NCBI GenBank assembly: GCA_007134735.1
Contig: SLKG01000043.1
Location: 19,317 to 83,316 of the forward strand
Origin: Kiritimatiellia bacterium
GTDB taxonomy: Bacteria; Verrucomicrobiota; Kiritimatiellia; SLAD01
Reading direction: 5' to 3'
DNA length: 64,000 bases
The notes beneath the pieces were generated by a model. That model was not told the origin of the DNA, searched no databases, and saw only the letters and a program-made list of their open reading frames with translations. Every line of letters begins with the position of its first letter. Position 1 is the first letter of the stretch. Shown here piece after piece: positions 1 to 9,692 of this stretch. Made by a program: the position numbers and the translations under genes.

Positions 1-2365
1 TCCGCTTGAAGGGAACGGATTTCCCATCCACCGTGACGCGGTTTACGCGTTGGGGTAAACGGAGCGCGAGGCGACCCTGCGTTGTTTCGGGGCCGCGCAG
101 GCCCAGCCGGATTTTCCCGCGAACGGCCGTTCGGTCCAGTAATTCCCCGAGTGCGTACAGCAATGTGACCTCCGGGCTGATGCGCGTCTGTATGGGAAGA
201 AACAGGCCCGTCAGGCTGTCCAGGGTGATGGGACCGACGTCCAGCGGGGCTCCGCCGCGCGGGTTGCGAACGGAAACGCGCGCGGTGCGGGGCATGCGAT
301 GGAAATTGCCGGCGAACAGGAACCCTTCCCCATCGGCGAATCGCGCTTCCAGGTGAAGGTTGTCGTTGTCGGCGGTGACATTGCGCAAGGCTTCGGGCAG
401 TTCCAGCATCGCGTTCCAAAGAGAGGGATGCTCCTCAATCGTGTACGCGACATGGAAGCCGAAAAACCGTACCCGTCCTTTTCCGATGGTCTTCTCGATG
501 CCCACCACCTTCCCGTTGGCGTCACGGGCAAGCACCTTGGCGTTCTTTTCAGACATGATCCGGGGCAGCTGGGGAACCGGAATGTCACGAAGCTTGTCCA
601 TGTAGATCCGGTTGGATACGCCCAGCCCGTCAATCTCGACGTCAAACGCATCGGCCATGATGGAACACGGCGCGAATGCACGGTCGTATTTGGGGAGCAT
701 GGGAAAGACCATCAGGTTCCCGCCGCGCCGGACGTATTGAACCAGCTTCTTCTGTGTCTCGGCATCCATGATTTCGTTTGTGAGCAGCACCAGGGACGGA
801 TATTGCCGTAGTTCGGATACGGACCGCATGGTCAGATCGGCCATGTCGAACGGCACGCTCTTCTTGGTCAAGATGCGGATGATGCCGTCGAAATAGGCCT
901 TGTCCCGGAAATTTACCGGGTCCGTGGCCAGACCGATTTTCTTCGACTTCAGCTTGGTTCCTTTCCCGATGATGGGAACCAGAAACTCGGTTTCGTACAG
1001 GTGCGGGTAGAACGCCACGCCGAGCGAGGCCGGGCGTTGCGTGCGCAGGACGAAATTTCCGTTGTGGTTGAGCCACTCGCCGAGATCGCGAATCATCGGG
1101 TAGCTTGGCTGGGGCACGGCCTTGTAATCCACAGCGTTGTACCAATAGAACATCGGGCCGTCTATGCCGCGTCCTTTGGGGTTTCGGCCCTGGGCGAACA
1201 TATAGAAATTCATTCCGGTCAAGCCGTGGATAATGCAATGCCGATAGAAAAGCCCGAGTTCAGGGGGATAGGTTTCCACGCCGTGTTCGCGACTGCCGCA
1301 CTGCAGTTCGGCGGAGTAGAGCGGGCCGCGGCGGCGTTGGAGTTCGGCGGCCATCTCGTTGGCCACGATTCCGTCATGCGCGTTCAGGGGCGACACGAAT
1401 TCGGGGATGTGATCGAGCCCGTACAGCACATCCGGCTGGACCTTGGCGGTTTCCCGGTGAAACGTGGCGTTCAGGGGGAATTCATGGGCTCGCCCATAGA
1501 CCCATCCTCCGATATTTGTGAAGAACGGCACGCGAACACCGGCCTGGCGCAGTGTGTCGGCATTATATTTGACGTAGTCCGCATAGACCCACCGGTGGAA
1601 GTCGTGAAAGAGGCGGTATAACACGAAATCGCGGCGCGATTCACACAGGGCATGCGGAGGCATCACCTCGTCATGGCTGTGCAGTTCGCGATCCAGCAGA
1701 CGCCCGAGGGATTCCACATCCGGATACTCCCGCTTCAGATACATCCACCAGGCCGCGAGGTTGGAATGTGAGTAATCGCCCCGCGCGCCGAGCCATTGGA
1801 ACATGCCGATTTCGTTGCATAACTGCATCATGATGACCGCACCGCGGCGGCGGTCCTGGCGGGGTACGACCACGTCGCGCGCAAATTTGTCCAGCCAGAC
1901 GGCGGCTTTATCCCGGAAACGACGACTGGTGAATGATATGTATTCCGGACCCCAGGGATTCCCTTCTTCATCCAGGGCGAGTGTGTCCGGATAGCGGCTT
2001 GTCAGCCACCGGGGTATGCCCTGATCGGTCGTTTCGGCCATTACGTACGGGCCGGGCTTGAGCGTGACATACAGGTTGTATTTCGATGCCAGATCGGCAA
2101 ATTCCGCCACATTACGTTCGGCATGGGTTTCCCCGGTGAGGTCGAAGCGTCCTTCCTCGAATTCGTGCCAGGACCACGGCACATACGTGGATACGGCATT
2201 GCACCCCGCGTCGACCAGCGCGCGCAGATGCTTTTCCCAGTACCTGCGGGGAATACGGAAATAGTGGACCTCCCCGGAATACAGAAAAGTGTCTTTTCCG
2301 TTGATCACCAAGGCGTTGTCGCCGATTTTACACGCAGCTTTTTTGGTTTGTTTTTTCACGTTCAT
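1..2365 (-). CDS. Beta-galactosidase, GH35/GH42-like (3' end runs off the window)
   Basis: Manual translation of the minus strand from ATG at 2365: MNVKKQTKKAACKIGDNALVINGKDTFLYSGEVHYFRIPRRYW...GCNAVSTYVPWSWHEFEEGRFDL...KPGPYVMAE...MQLCNE, which are GH35 motifs. Absent from the ORF track because there is no stop in the window. Confidence 0.88.
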   Translation of the reverse strand, partial: MNVKKQTKKAACKIGDNALVINGKDTFLYSGEVHYFRIPRRYWEKHLRALVDAGCNAVSTYVPWSWHEFEEGRFDLTGETHAERNVAEFADLASKYNLYVTLKPGPYVMAETTDQGIPRWLTSRYPDTLALDEEGNPWGPEYISFTSRRFRDKAAVWLDKFARDVVVPRQDRRRGAVIMMQLCNEIGMFQWLGARGDYSHSNLAAWWMYLKREYPDVESLGRLLDRELHSHDEVMPPHALCESRRDFVLYRLFHDFHRWVYADYVKYNADTLRQAGVRVPFFTNIGGWVYGRAHEFPLNATFHRETAKVQPDVLYGLDHIPEFVSPLNAHDGIVANEMAAELQRRRGPLYSAELQCGSREHGVETYPPELGLFYRHCIIHGLTGMNFYMFAQGRNPKGRGIDGPMFYWYNAVDYKAVPQPSYPMIRDLGEWLNHNGNFVLRTQRPASLGVAFYPHLYETEFLVPIIGKGTKLKSKKIGLATDPVNFRDKAYFDGIIRILTKKSVPFDMADLTMRSVSELRQYPSLVLLTNEIMDAETQKKLVQYVRRGGNLMVFPMLPKYDRAFAPCSIMADAFDVEIDGLGVSNRIYMDKLRDIPVPQLPRIMSEKNAKVLARDANGKVVGIEKTIGKGRVRFFGFHVAYTIEEHPSLWNAMLELPEALRNVTADNDNLHLEARFADGEGFLFAGNFHRMPRTARVSVRNPRGGAPLDVGPITLDSLTGLFLPIQTRISPEVTLLYALGELLDRTAVRGKIRLGLRGPETTQGRLALRLPQRVNRVTVDGKSVPFKR

Positions 2366-2494
2366 TCCATGATTAAACCGGATATTGCATTATAATCGCC
2401 CTATTCCGCCTGTTGTGACGTTCCGGCGGAAGGTGCGACACCCTGTCGTCGTGCGCTTGTCCCCCCTTGACACAAACGTATAAACCATACATAG

Positions 2495-2512
2495 ATTGGG
2501 ATCGGTTGCAAT
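2495..2512. promoter_or_regulatory. Putative LacI-family operator ATTGGGATCGGTTGCAAT
   Basis: Imperfect palindrome with central CG (TG-N2-A-N-CG-N-T-N2-CA) in the divergent intergenic region, just downstream of a TTGACA at 2467-2472. Confidence 0.6.
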
Positions 2513-2542
2513 GCAAAACCATTCCGGTATGAGGTTCGAATC

Positions 2543-3583
2543 ATGGGGGTAACACTCGAGGATGTCGGGCGCCGTTGCGGGGTTTCGCGGAGTACGGTTT
2601 CCCGCGTGATCAACGAAAGCCACCTGGTGAATGCCGAGACCCGGGAAAAAGTCCTCCGGGCTATCCGGGAATTGAATTACGCCCCCAATTTCATTGCGCG
2701 GTCCCTGACGAAGAACACAACGGAAACGCTTGCCGTCATCCTGCCGGACATTACCGGCGGCTTTTTCCCGGAAATCCTGGCCGGCATGGACGAAGTGGCC
2801 GGCCAACGGGGATATCATTTGCTGATTGTGTTCTTCGGCGGTACGCGACCGCCGTCGGATACGGTGGAGAAACTGATCACGCATCGTCGCGTCGATGCCG
2901 TGCTGGCCGTGGCGGAGACCATTTCCGACGAGGAGGCGGCGCGGATGGCGGAACAGCATATGCCGTTGGTGTGCGTGGGCCGGCGCACGCCCGTGACCCC
3001 TATTCCCAGTGTTACCTTTGACGACCGGGGCGGAGCCTGGCAGGGAACCCAACTGCTGATTGCACAGGGGCGGAGAAACCTGATTCATCTGCGCGGGCCC
3101 GCCGGTAATTACGATGCGGAGGAGCGCAGCCGGGGGTTTCGCACGGCCCTCGAAGAGGCCGGCATAGCCTATGAGGCCGTTCGTGAAATTCCCGGGGACT
3201 TTAGACGGGAAGGCGGCTTGCTCGCCATTCGTGAGGTGTTGCAGAGCCGGATGGCGTTCGACGGCATTTTCGCGGCAAACGACGAAATGGCCATCGGTGC
3301 GCTTGAAGTGCTGACGCAACAAGGTATCCGGGTGCCGGCCGATGTCGCCGTGGTCGGATTCGACAACATTCCAACGGCCCGTTATCTCGGATTGACCACG
3401 GTTCGTGTCCCGGTTCGCGAAATGGGAAGGGTGGCCGTCCGCCTGGCCTTTGATTTGATAGACGGCAGAACGCCGGTTTCATCGGAAGTCCTACAGACGG
3501 ATATCCTGCAACGAGCCAGCACGCAAACGGATCTGACCGGCGGGACGGTAACCGTGCCGTATACACCCAGCGAAGGGGTGTAA
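2543..3583 (+). CDS. LacI-family transcriptional regulator
   Basis: N-terminal HTH TLEDVGRRCGVSRSTVSRVIN, hinge YAPNFIARSL, and sugar-binding domain motifs IFAANDEMA and VVGFDNI. Confidence 0.95.
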   Translation: MGVTLEDVGRRCGVSRSTVSRVINESHLVNAETREKVLRAIRELNYAPNFIARSLTKNTTETLAVILPDITGGFFPEILAGMDEVAGQRGYHLLIVFFGGTRPPSDTVEKLITHRRVDAVLAVAETISDEEAARMAEQHMPLVCVGRRTPVTPIPSVTFDDRGGAWQGTQLLIAQGRRNLIHLRGPAGNYDAEERSRGFRTALEEAGIAYEAVREIPGDFRREGGLLAIREVLQSRMAFDGIFAANDEMAIGALEVLTQQGIRVPADVAVVGFDNIPTARYLGLTTVRVPVREMGRVAVRLAFDLIDGRTPVSSEVLQTDILQRASTQTDLTGGTVTVPYTPSEGV

Positions 3584-3646
3584 GATGAACGAGGTTTGCC
3601 CTCGGTCCCGCGGGCCGGCGTGTCATGCCCGTTTCCGTGCATGGCG

Positions 3647-4690
3647 TTATTTCGGTCGTTCAAAGAAGACCAAGCGTTGTGAACGGTCGAAGGTGACGCG
3701 GTAGTGCTCGAGCAGTTTTCTTCCGATCCGCGGATGGTCGGGAAGGCCAAGATGATGTTCGTCAAGCGGAACGACGTCCGTGTTTCGGAAAACCAGGTCG
3801 CCGACCGTCACGCGCCGTGCGCGGGGGTCCGCGGGCCGGGCCATGGCGAGTTCGTAATCGCCCACGCTGTCCAGCAGGAAGATCACGGGCTCGGTATCGA
3901 TGGTGCCCCGGAACGCGAAGATGCCGTTCTTTTCGCGCAGTGGAAGCACCGCGATCACGTGGTCTTCCGAGGGCGTGTACGATCTCGTGGAGGAGAAGGC
4001 CACGCTCCGGTTTGGATAGTCGATCTGCACGAAGGCGAACGATTTGATCCAGTCGCAGCCCAGCACAAAAGACGCCTCAAGCGGAGCGGGCGCGCGTTTC
4101 CGTTCTTTTTTCCGGTCCGTCGGGACGTTTCGAAGGAGCGGTCCCAGCGGGCCGTCCACCATGCGCACATAAAAAAGCGCCGATTCCACGCGCAGGTTTT
4201 CAAGACGAATGGTGGATATGACCGATAGACAGCCGATATTCGGATCGGCCACATGCTCGGCGTGTTTCGTGATAAGGGGCGGGGCGATCGGTGTGGCCCG
4301 CACCGCGCGCGCGGTATCGAAATCAACCCAACTTCCGCGCGAACTGGTATCCAGGAGGGCGGCATACTCCGTGGGGTGGCGTCCCCGGATTTCAAGGAGC
4401 GGCAACGTGGACGAGCGCGATGAAACAAAGGGCATGTGGGCGAAACGTTCCGCGTGCAGGCGATTTCCGCCCGTGACTACCGGCCCGGCGTCGGATTCGT
4501 ACACGGTCAGCCAGAATTGACGGGGATCCCGCGCGCCCCGGAAGAAGGCCTGGGCTTGTTCCGGCGGCAGCGGTTTGGGTTCGGCCGGTTTGCGCGTGGC
4601 GCAGGCGGAGGCGAAGACCAGGACGAGCATAACGCACGGTGCAACAGCGTTGAGGATCCAGCGATGCGGACTCACACGATTTCGAATCAT
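3647..4690 (-). CDS. Putative lipoprotein with two retropepsin/aspartyl-protease-like domains
   Basis: Hydrophobic signal ending FASAC; ALLDTSS and FLLDSVG motifs, each followed by a VLGCDWIK / RIGRKLLEHYRVTFD segment. Start chosen at MIRNR. Confidence 0.6.
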   Translation of the reverse strand: MIRNRVSPHRWILNAVAPCVMLVLVFASACATRKPAEPKPLPPEQAQAFFRGARDPRQFWLTVYESDAGPVVTGGNRLHAERFAHMPFVSSRSSTLPLLEIRGRHPTEYAALLDTSSRGSWVDFDTARAVRATPIAPPLITKHAEHVADPNIGCLSVISTIRLENLRVESALFYVRMVDGPLGPLLRNVPTDRKKERKRAPAPLEASFVLGCDWIKSFAFVQIDYPNRSVAFSSTRSYTPSEDHVIAVLPLREKNGIFAFRGTIDTEPVIFLLDSVGDYELAMARPADPRARRVTVGDLVFRNTDVVPLDEHHLGLPDHPRIGRKLLEHYRVTFDRSQRLVFFERPK

Positions 4691-4914
4691 GGCGCGCACT
4701 ATGCCACTTGTCGCGGATCGGTGCAAGAGCGTTGAGAGCCGTAATGAGTGCTTCGCCGTATCCTCCCGGTTATCGGTGGAACTCCCGTCCGGGCGTTCGC
4801 CTTGACGTCTTCCCGTTGCTTCCGCTACCGTGTCCCTGCGCAAGAGGCGCTTCCGCAGGTCCGGATATGCGGGGGCGATGCGGACGATTTCCGGTTGTGG
4901 AATACCGGGCGGGA

Positions 4915-5766
4915 ATGACGGCACGTCGAGTCGAATCGGGACGAACAATAATCCATAATCCAGGGACAGAGACGGGTACTGTGCAGCAAGCGAGAAATCG
5001 GGGATGGACGCATGTGCACGATCAGGCCTTGCGCCGGCTTTGGAGCTACCGGCCGTTTTACCGGCAGTATCCCTATGACCGTCCGGTCCACATCCAGGCG
5101 GCCGACCGGCATGGCGCGGTCGATTGTCAATACGGCTTCTTCTATAACCGGATTCCCAAATGCGCCAATTCAACGATTGTTCAAACCCTGGTCACCTGTT
5201 CCGGCGTCATTGGTCCCGGCGCCGGGCGTGAGGCCAAGCGCGCATTCATGAAGCCCCATGCCTTGCCGGCCGGCCTGATGGCCGCCTTCCGGAACGAATG
5301 GTTTAAGTTCACCTTTGTCCGTAATCCCTACGCGCGCCTGCTGTCGGCCTACCTGGACAAGATCGTCCGCAAGGGCTACGCGCATCGGCGCCGTTACCGT
5401 GCGCTTTTAGAACCCGGCAAGGATGCTACATCCCCTCCTTCGCTGGATCGCTTTCTTGATTTCCTGGCGGCGGAAGGACTGTACGCGAATGTGCATTGGG
5501 CGCCGCAGACCGCCATGCTGTTAATTCCGGAAGCCGACTTCGATTTTATCGGGAAAGTCGAGTCGCTCGACAAGGATCTGGCCTTTGTCCTGCAACGGAT
5601 ATTTCCGGATCATCCCGGCGGCGAGGACCGAAAAATTGGGCGGGCCGGTCCACCGCCGACCGGAGCGCAGGATAAAGTGCATACAATGCTCAACCGCCGG
5701 CAGATGGACCGGATTGCCCAATTGTATGAGCGCGACATTACCGCATTGGGCTATGCGTTTATGTAG
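4915..5766 (+). CDS. Sulfotransferase family 2 protein
   Basis: 5'-PSB motif RIPKCANST, 3'-PB motif FTFVRNPYARLLSAY, plus HWAPQ, DFIGKVE and YERDITALGY. Start uncertain. Confidence 0.88.
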   Translation: MTARRVESGRTIIHNPGTETGTVQQARNRGWTHVHDQALRRLWSYRPFYRQYPYDRPVHIQAADRHGAVDCQYGFFYNRIPKCANSTIVQTLVTCSGVIGPGAGREAKRAFMKPHALPAGLMAAFRNEWFKFTFVRNPYARLLSAYLDKIVRKGYAHRRRYRALLEPGKDATSPPSLDRFLDFLAAEGLYANVHWAPQTAMLLIPEADFDFIGKVESLDKDLAFVLQRIFPDHPGGEDRKIGRAGPPPTGAQDKVHTMLNRRQMDRIAQLYERDITALGYAFM

Positions 5767-5811
5767 AGCCCATTTCATTCCGTGACCGATACGGGTTCGT
5801 GCGATGCCCGC

Positions 5812-5840
5812 TTGATTTGGCGCGGATTGTCCGATATGAT
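5812..5840 (+). promoter_or_regulatory. Sigma70-type promoter for the molybdoenzyme operon
   Basis: TTGATT-17 bp-TATGAT, followed by RBS AAGGAG before ATG 5864. Confidence 0.5.
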
Positions 5841-5863
5841 TAACTGTTTTCAAGGAGTGGTAT

Positions 5864-8206
5864 ATGTCCACGAAAGCGAAGGCTTCGAAACGCATCCCCC
5901 GCGTTGGTCAGGGCGTGGCCCGTCTGGACGCGGATGAAAAGGTGCGCGGCCTGGCCGAATATGCGGACGATCTACAGGTGCCGGATGCCTGGTACGGATA
6001 CATCGTCCGGTCCCCGGTATCCCATGGCCGGCTACGGGCCCTGACCCTGGATCCGGATTATGATTGGAGCCGCATCGTGGTCGTTACGCCCGACGACATA
6101 CCGGGCGAAAACATCGTGGACATGATGGGGCGTGACATGCCCTTTATCGCGCACGACGAAATTCAGTACCGGGGCGAACCGATCGCCTTGGTGGCGGCGC
6201 CCACCCGGAAACAGGCCCGCGAAGCCGCCGCGCATGTCCGGGCCGACATCGAGGAGCTTCCCCCCTTGTTGACCCTCGGTGAAATGATCGACCGCTACAA
6301 GCGTGACCCGTCCGAATTGCATGAACTGTGCGCGCAGACGATCCGCAAGGGCGATGCCGAACGGGCCCTGGAAGAAGCCGAACTCGTCGTCGAGGGCGAG
6401 TACCGGGCGGGTCACCAGGAACAACTCTACATCGAACCGCAGGGCATGGTGGCCGTCCCGGAAAAGGACGGCTCCGTTTTTATTCACGGAAGCATGCAAT
6501 GCCCGTACTTCATCAACCCCGAACTGTGTGTGACGTTGGATCTTCCGCCCGAAAAGATCCGCGTGAAACAATCGGCCGTGGGCGGCGCGTTCGGCGGCAA
6601 GGAGGAATTCCCCACATTGCTGGCGGGATACTGCGCGTTGCTGGCCCTGAAAGCGAAACGGCCGGTGAAGATTATTTATGACCGCCACCAGGACATCCTG
6701 TATTCCACGAAACGGCATCCGGTCTGGTCGAGATACCGCACGGGACTGGACAAGGACGGCACGATTCGCGCCCTGTGTGTGGAATACGTGCTGGACGGCG
6801 GCGCCTACACGACGTTGAGCCCGGTGGTGATGTATCGCGGCATTCTGCACGCGGCGATGGGATACCGGTGCGATCATGTGTGGGTGGACGGGTATGTGTT
6901 CCGGACCAACACGTTTCCCAGCGGCGCGTTCCGCGGGTTCGGCGCGCCCCAGGCGGTCTGGGGTCTGGAATCGCACGTCGACGACCTGGCCAAAGCCTGC
7001 GGCATGACGCCGCACGAGTTCCGGTTGCGCAACGCGCTTCGGGAAGGCGATGTTACGCCGACCGGCGGGGTATTGCGGCATAGCGTCGGCTCGCCGGCGG
7101 TTCTGACGCAGACGGTGGAACGGTCCGGTTTCGTGGAGAAGCTGTCGCGGTGCAGTCACGGTCGTGTCTCCGACGGGAAGTGGTACGGGATCGGGATGTC
7201 ATTCTTCGCGCATGGGGCGGGATTTACCGGCGACGGCGAAGCGCGTTTCAAGGCCAAGGTGGCGCTGGATTTGGAGCCGGGCGAAGACGGGTGGCCCGTC
7301 GTGCTGGTGCGGGCGAGTTCCACGGAAATGGGACAGGGCACGTTCACCATCCTGCCGCAGGTGGCGGCCGACGGATTGTGCATCGATCTCAACCGCGTAC
7401 GGAATCCGTATCCGGATACGAAGTACGTGCCCAATAGCGGGCCGACCGTGGCATCGCGTACCGCCATGGTGGTCGGCAGCACGGTCTATGGCGCGGCACA
7501 AAAGATGAAGAAGCAACTCGAGGAATATGTGACGCGGGAATTCACGGGCGGACAGGCCGTGCAACTGGTGGATGGGCAATTCCTGACGGCCGATGAGAAG
7601 GTCGCCATGACCTTTGAGGAAGCGGCGACGCATCATTTCCAACACCGGGGGCCCCTGCGCGTCTATGATCAATTCCGGCTTCCGGATTACCTCCAATGGG
7701 ATCAGAAGAATTTCGTGGGCGACGCGTATCCGTCGTATTCGTGGGGATGCAATGTGGCGGAAGTGGAAGTCGATCCGCGGACGCTCGAAGTGAACGTGCT
7801 CAAAGTGACGGGCGTATATGATATCGGCAAGGTACTCAATCCCGTATTGGCCAAGGGCCAGTTGGAAGGCGGTTTGGTCCAGGCGCTGGGATACGCGGTC
7901 ATGGAGAAAATCGAGATCAAGGACGGCTTGTTCGACGCGAGCCGGATGCAAACCTACGTGATTCCGACCACGCTCGATATTCCTGAATTCGACCTGGATT
8001 TTGTGGAATTTCCGTACGAGTTTGCCGTTCCGGGCGCGAAAGGCGTGGGCGAAATCCCTATGAACGGCCTGGGCCCCGCGATTGCGAACGCGGTGGAACA
8101 GGCGACGGGTGTCCGGATGCGCGAATTGCCGATTACGCCGGAGACGTTGTTCGCGGCGATGACGCGCGGCGCCTCCGGTCCGTTGCTGCGAACCGGGACG
8201 GCGTAG
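5864..8206 (+). CDS. Xanthine dehydrogenase family molybdopterin-binding (large) subunit
   Basis: Motifs VGGAFGGK, GAFRGFGAPQ, EMGQG, TVASR, GQLEGG and GAKGVGE. Confidence 0.95.
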   Translation: MSTKAKASKRIPRVGQGVARLDADEKVRGLAEYADDLQVPDAWYGYIVRSPVSHGRLRALTLDPDYDWSRIVVVTPDDIPGENIVDMMGRDMPFIAHDEIQYRGEPIALVAAPTRKQAREAAAHVRADIEELPPLLTLGEMIDRYKRDPSELHELCAQTIRKGDAERALEEAELVVEGEYRAGHQEQLYIEPQGMVAVPEKDGSVFIHGSMQCPYFINPELCVTLDLPPEKIRVKQSAVGGAFGGKEEFPTLLAGYCALLALKAKRPVKIIYDRHQDILYSTKRHPVWSRYRTGLDKDGTIRALCVEYVLDGGAYTTLSPVVMYRGILHAAMGYRCDHVWVDGYVFRTNTFPSGAFRGFGAPQAVWGLESHVDDLAKACGMTPHEFRLRNALREGDVTPTGGVLRHSVGSPAVLTQTVERSGFVEKLSRCSHGRVSDGKWYGIGMSFFAHGAGFTGDGEARFKAKVALDLEPGEDGWPVVLVRASSTEMGQGTFTILPQVAADGLCIDLNRVRNPYPDTKYVPNSGPTVASRTAMVVGSTVYGAAQKMKKQLEEYVTREFTGGQAVQLVDGQFLTADEKVAMTFEEAATHHFQHRGPLRVYDQFRLPDYLQWDQKNFVGDAYPSYSWGCNVAEVEVDPRTLEVNVLKVTGVYDIGKVLNPVLAKGQLEGGLVQALGYAVMEKIEIKDGLFDASRMQTYVIPTTLDIPEFDLDFVEFPYEFAVPGAKGVGEIPMNGLGPAIANAVEQATGVRMRELPITPETLFAAMTRGASGPLLRTGTA

Positions 8207-8286
8207 AAGGCGGCGTTGTTCGGAGTGAGCCGGGTTTGATGCGGATCGGAGGCCGGCGTACAGGATTAACGAAATGGTTGCGTTTT

Positions 8287-8919
8287 ATGGATAATGCGTT
8301 TGAGCCGTTTGATGGAGAGGACGCGGTATGCATGTACCGCCAAGGAGTTCCGCACTGGAGGCGGAAAGGGTGCACCTATTTCGTGACGTTCATCCTGTGG
8401 GATGCCTTGCCCCGTAAGGTGTTGGGGGAATTCGGGGTATATGCCGAACGCTGGATGAAAGCACATCCGACGCCCTGGACGGAAGCGGTTTATCGTGAAT
8501 ACCGGCGCCGCATTGTGAGCCGGATTCACAAATGGCTGGATGCGGGCCACGGCCAGTGTCTGTTAGCCGATGGGCAGAATGCCACCATCTTGGAGCGCGC
8601 CATGCATCATTTTGACGGGGAGCATTTCTATCTGGATGCCTATGTGATCATGCCGAATCACGCGCACATGCTGGTAAAGCCGCGACAGGATATGGATTTG
8701 GAAGAACTCCTGTTCACGTGGAAAACGGTTTCCAGTAGATTGATGAACCGGCCGTCCATCCGGCGCGGAAGTGTCTGGCTGGAGAATCACCTGGATCACG
8801 TCGTGAAGACGAAAAGTTGTTTGGATCGTTACCGCAAGTATATCGAATTGAATCCGGTGCGCGCCGGGTTGGACAAAGGCGCGTTCATTCAACGCCGGGG
8901 AAAAGGCATCACGGCTTGA
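8287..8919 (+). mobile_element. REP-associated tyrosine transposase (RAYT, IS200/Y1 HUH superfamily)
   Basis: VPHW...TYFVTF N-terminus, HUH motif YVIMPNHAHML, WK..SS, W.E..DH, and catalytic YIELNPVRAGL. REP palindromes lie nearby. Confidence 0.88.
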
Positions 8920-8981
8920 TCCGAGCGGCTCTTTTCCCCTATGGATATGACGGGCTTTGACAAGACAACCGGGAAGAGGAC

Positions 8982-9470
8982 ATGAACAAGATCACGAGAT
9001 CATGGATCGTCAACGGGGAACCGCGAGAGGCGGAGTTCGCCCCCGTGCGCCGTTTGCTCGATGTGTTGCGCGAGGACCTGGGACTGAAAGGCACGAAGGA
9101 AGGATGCGGGGAGGGCGAATGCGGCGCATGCACGGTGATCGTGAACGGGCAACCCGTGCTCGCGTGTCTGATGGCGGCGGGCCAGGTGGAGGATCAGGCC
9201 GAGATCGTCACGGTCGAGGGGCTGGAAAAGACGGAGACGGGCCGCATCCTGCAGCAGGCCTACATCGAGAAGGGCGCCGCGCAGTGCGGGTTCTGTATTC
9301 CCGGCATGATCGTCTCCTCGTACGCGCTGCTCGAACAGCATGCGCATCCTGATGCCGGTCTGATTCGTGAATCGCATGCCGGCAACATCTGCCGATGCAC
9401 GGGGTACGAAAAAATAGTCGAGGCCATCCAGACGGCCGCGGAACGCCGGGCGGGGAATACCGGGTCGTGA
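8982..9470 (+). CDS. Molybdoenzyme [2Fe-2S] small subunit (CoxS/XdhC-type)
   Basis: GTKEGCGEGECGACT, QCGFCIPG and GNICRCTGY. Confidence 0.96.
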   Translation: MNKITRSWIVNGEPREAEFAPVRRLLDVLREDLGLKGTKEGCGEGECGACTVIVNGQPVLACLMAAGQVEDQAEIVTVEGLEKTETGRILQQAYIEKGAAQCGFCIPGMIVSSYALLEQHAHPDAGLIRESHAGNICRCTGYEKIVEAIQTAAERRAGNTGS

Positions 9471-9485
9471 TGGGATTTTTTATGA

Positions 9486-9638
9486 TGGAGGGTCACGCTT
9501 CTGCGTGACCCGGACGCGCGAAAGCGCGTCCCTCCAGAAGAGGGAAGGACACCGGCGGATGGATGTTGGAGGGTCACGCTTCCGCGTGACCCGGGACGCG
9601 CGGGCCCCGCAGTTGCGGGGTAAAAGCGCGTCCCTCCA
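9486..9638. repeat. Two tandem REP doublets (TGGAGGG...CCCTCCA family)
   Basis: 9486-9536 reads TGGAGGGTCACGCTTCTGCGTGACCC-GGACGCGCGAAAGCGCGTCCCTCCA; 9567-9638 is a near-identical copy with an inserted hairpin. Confidence 0.9.
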
Positions 9639-9692
9639 GAAGAGGATGATGCTTGATACAGGCGATGACACAATGGGCAATGAGAAACCGAC

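Noticed and set aside
9486..9645. Possible CRISPR array
   Set aside because: Only two units, each a REP-like doublet; no regular unique spacers and no cas genes in the window.
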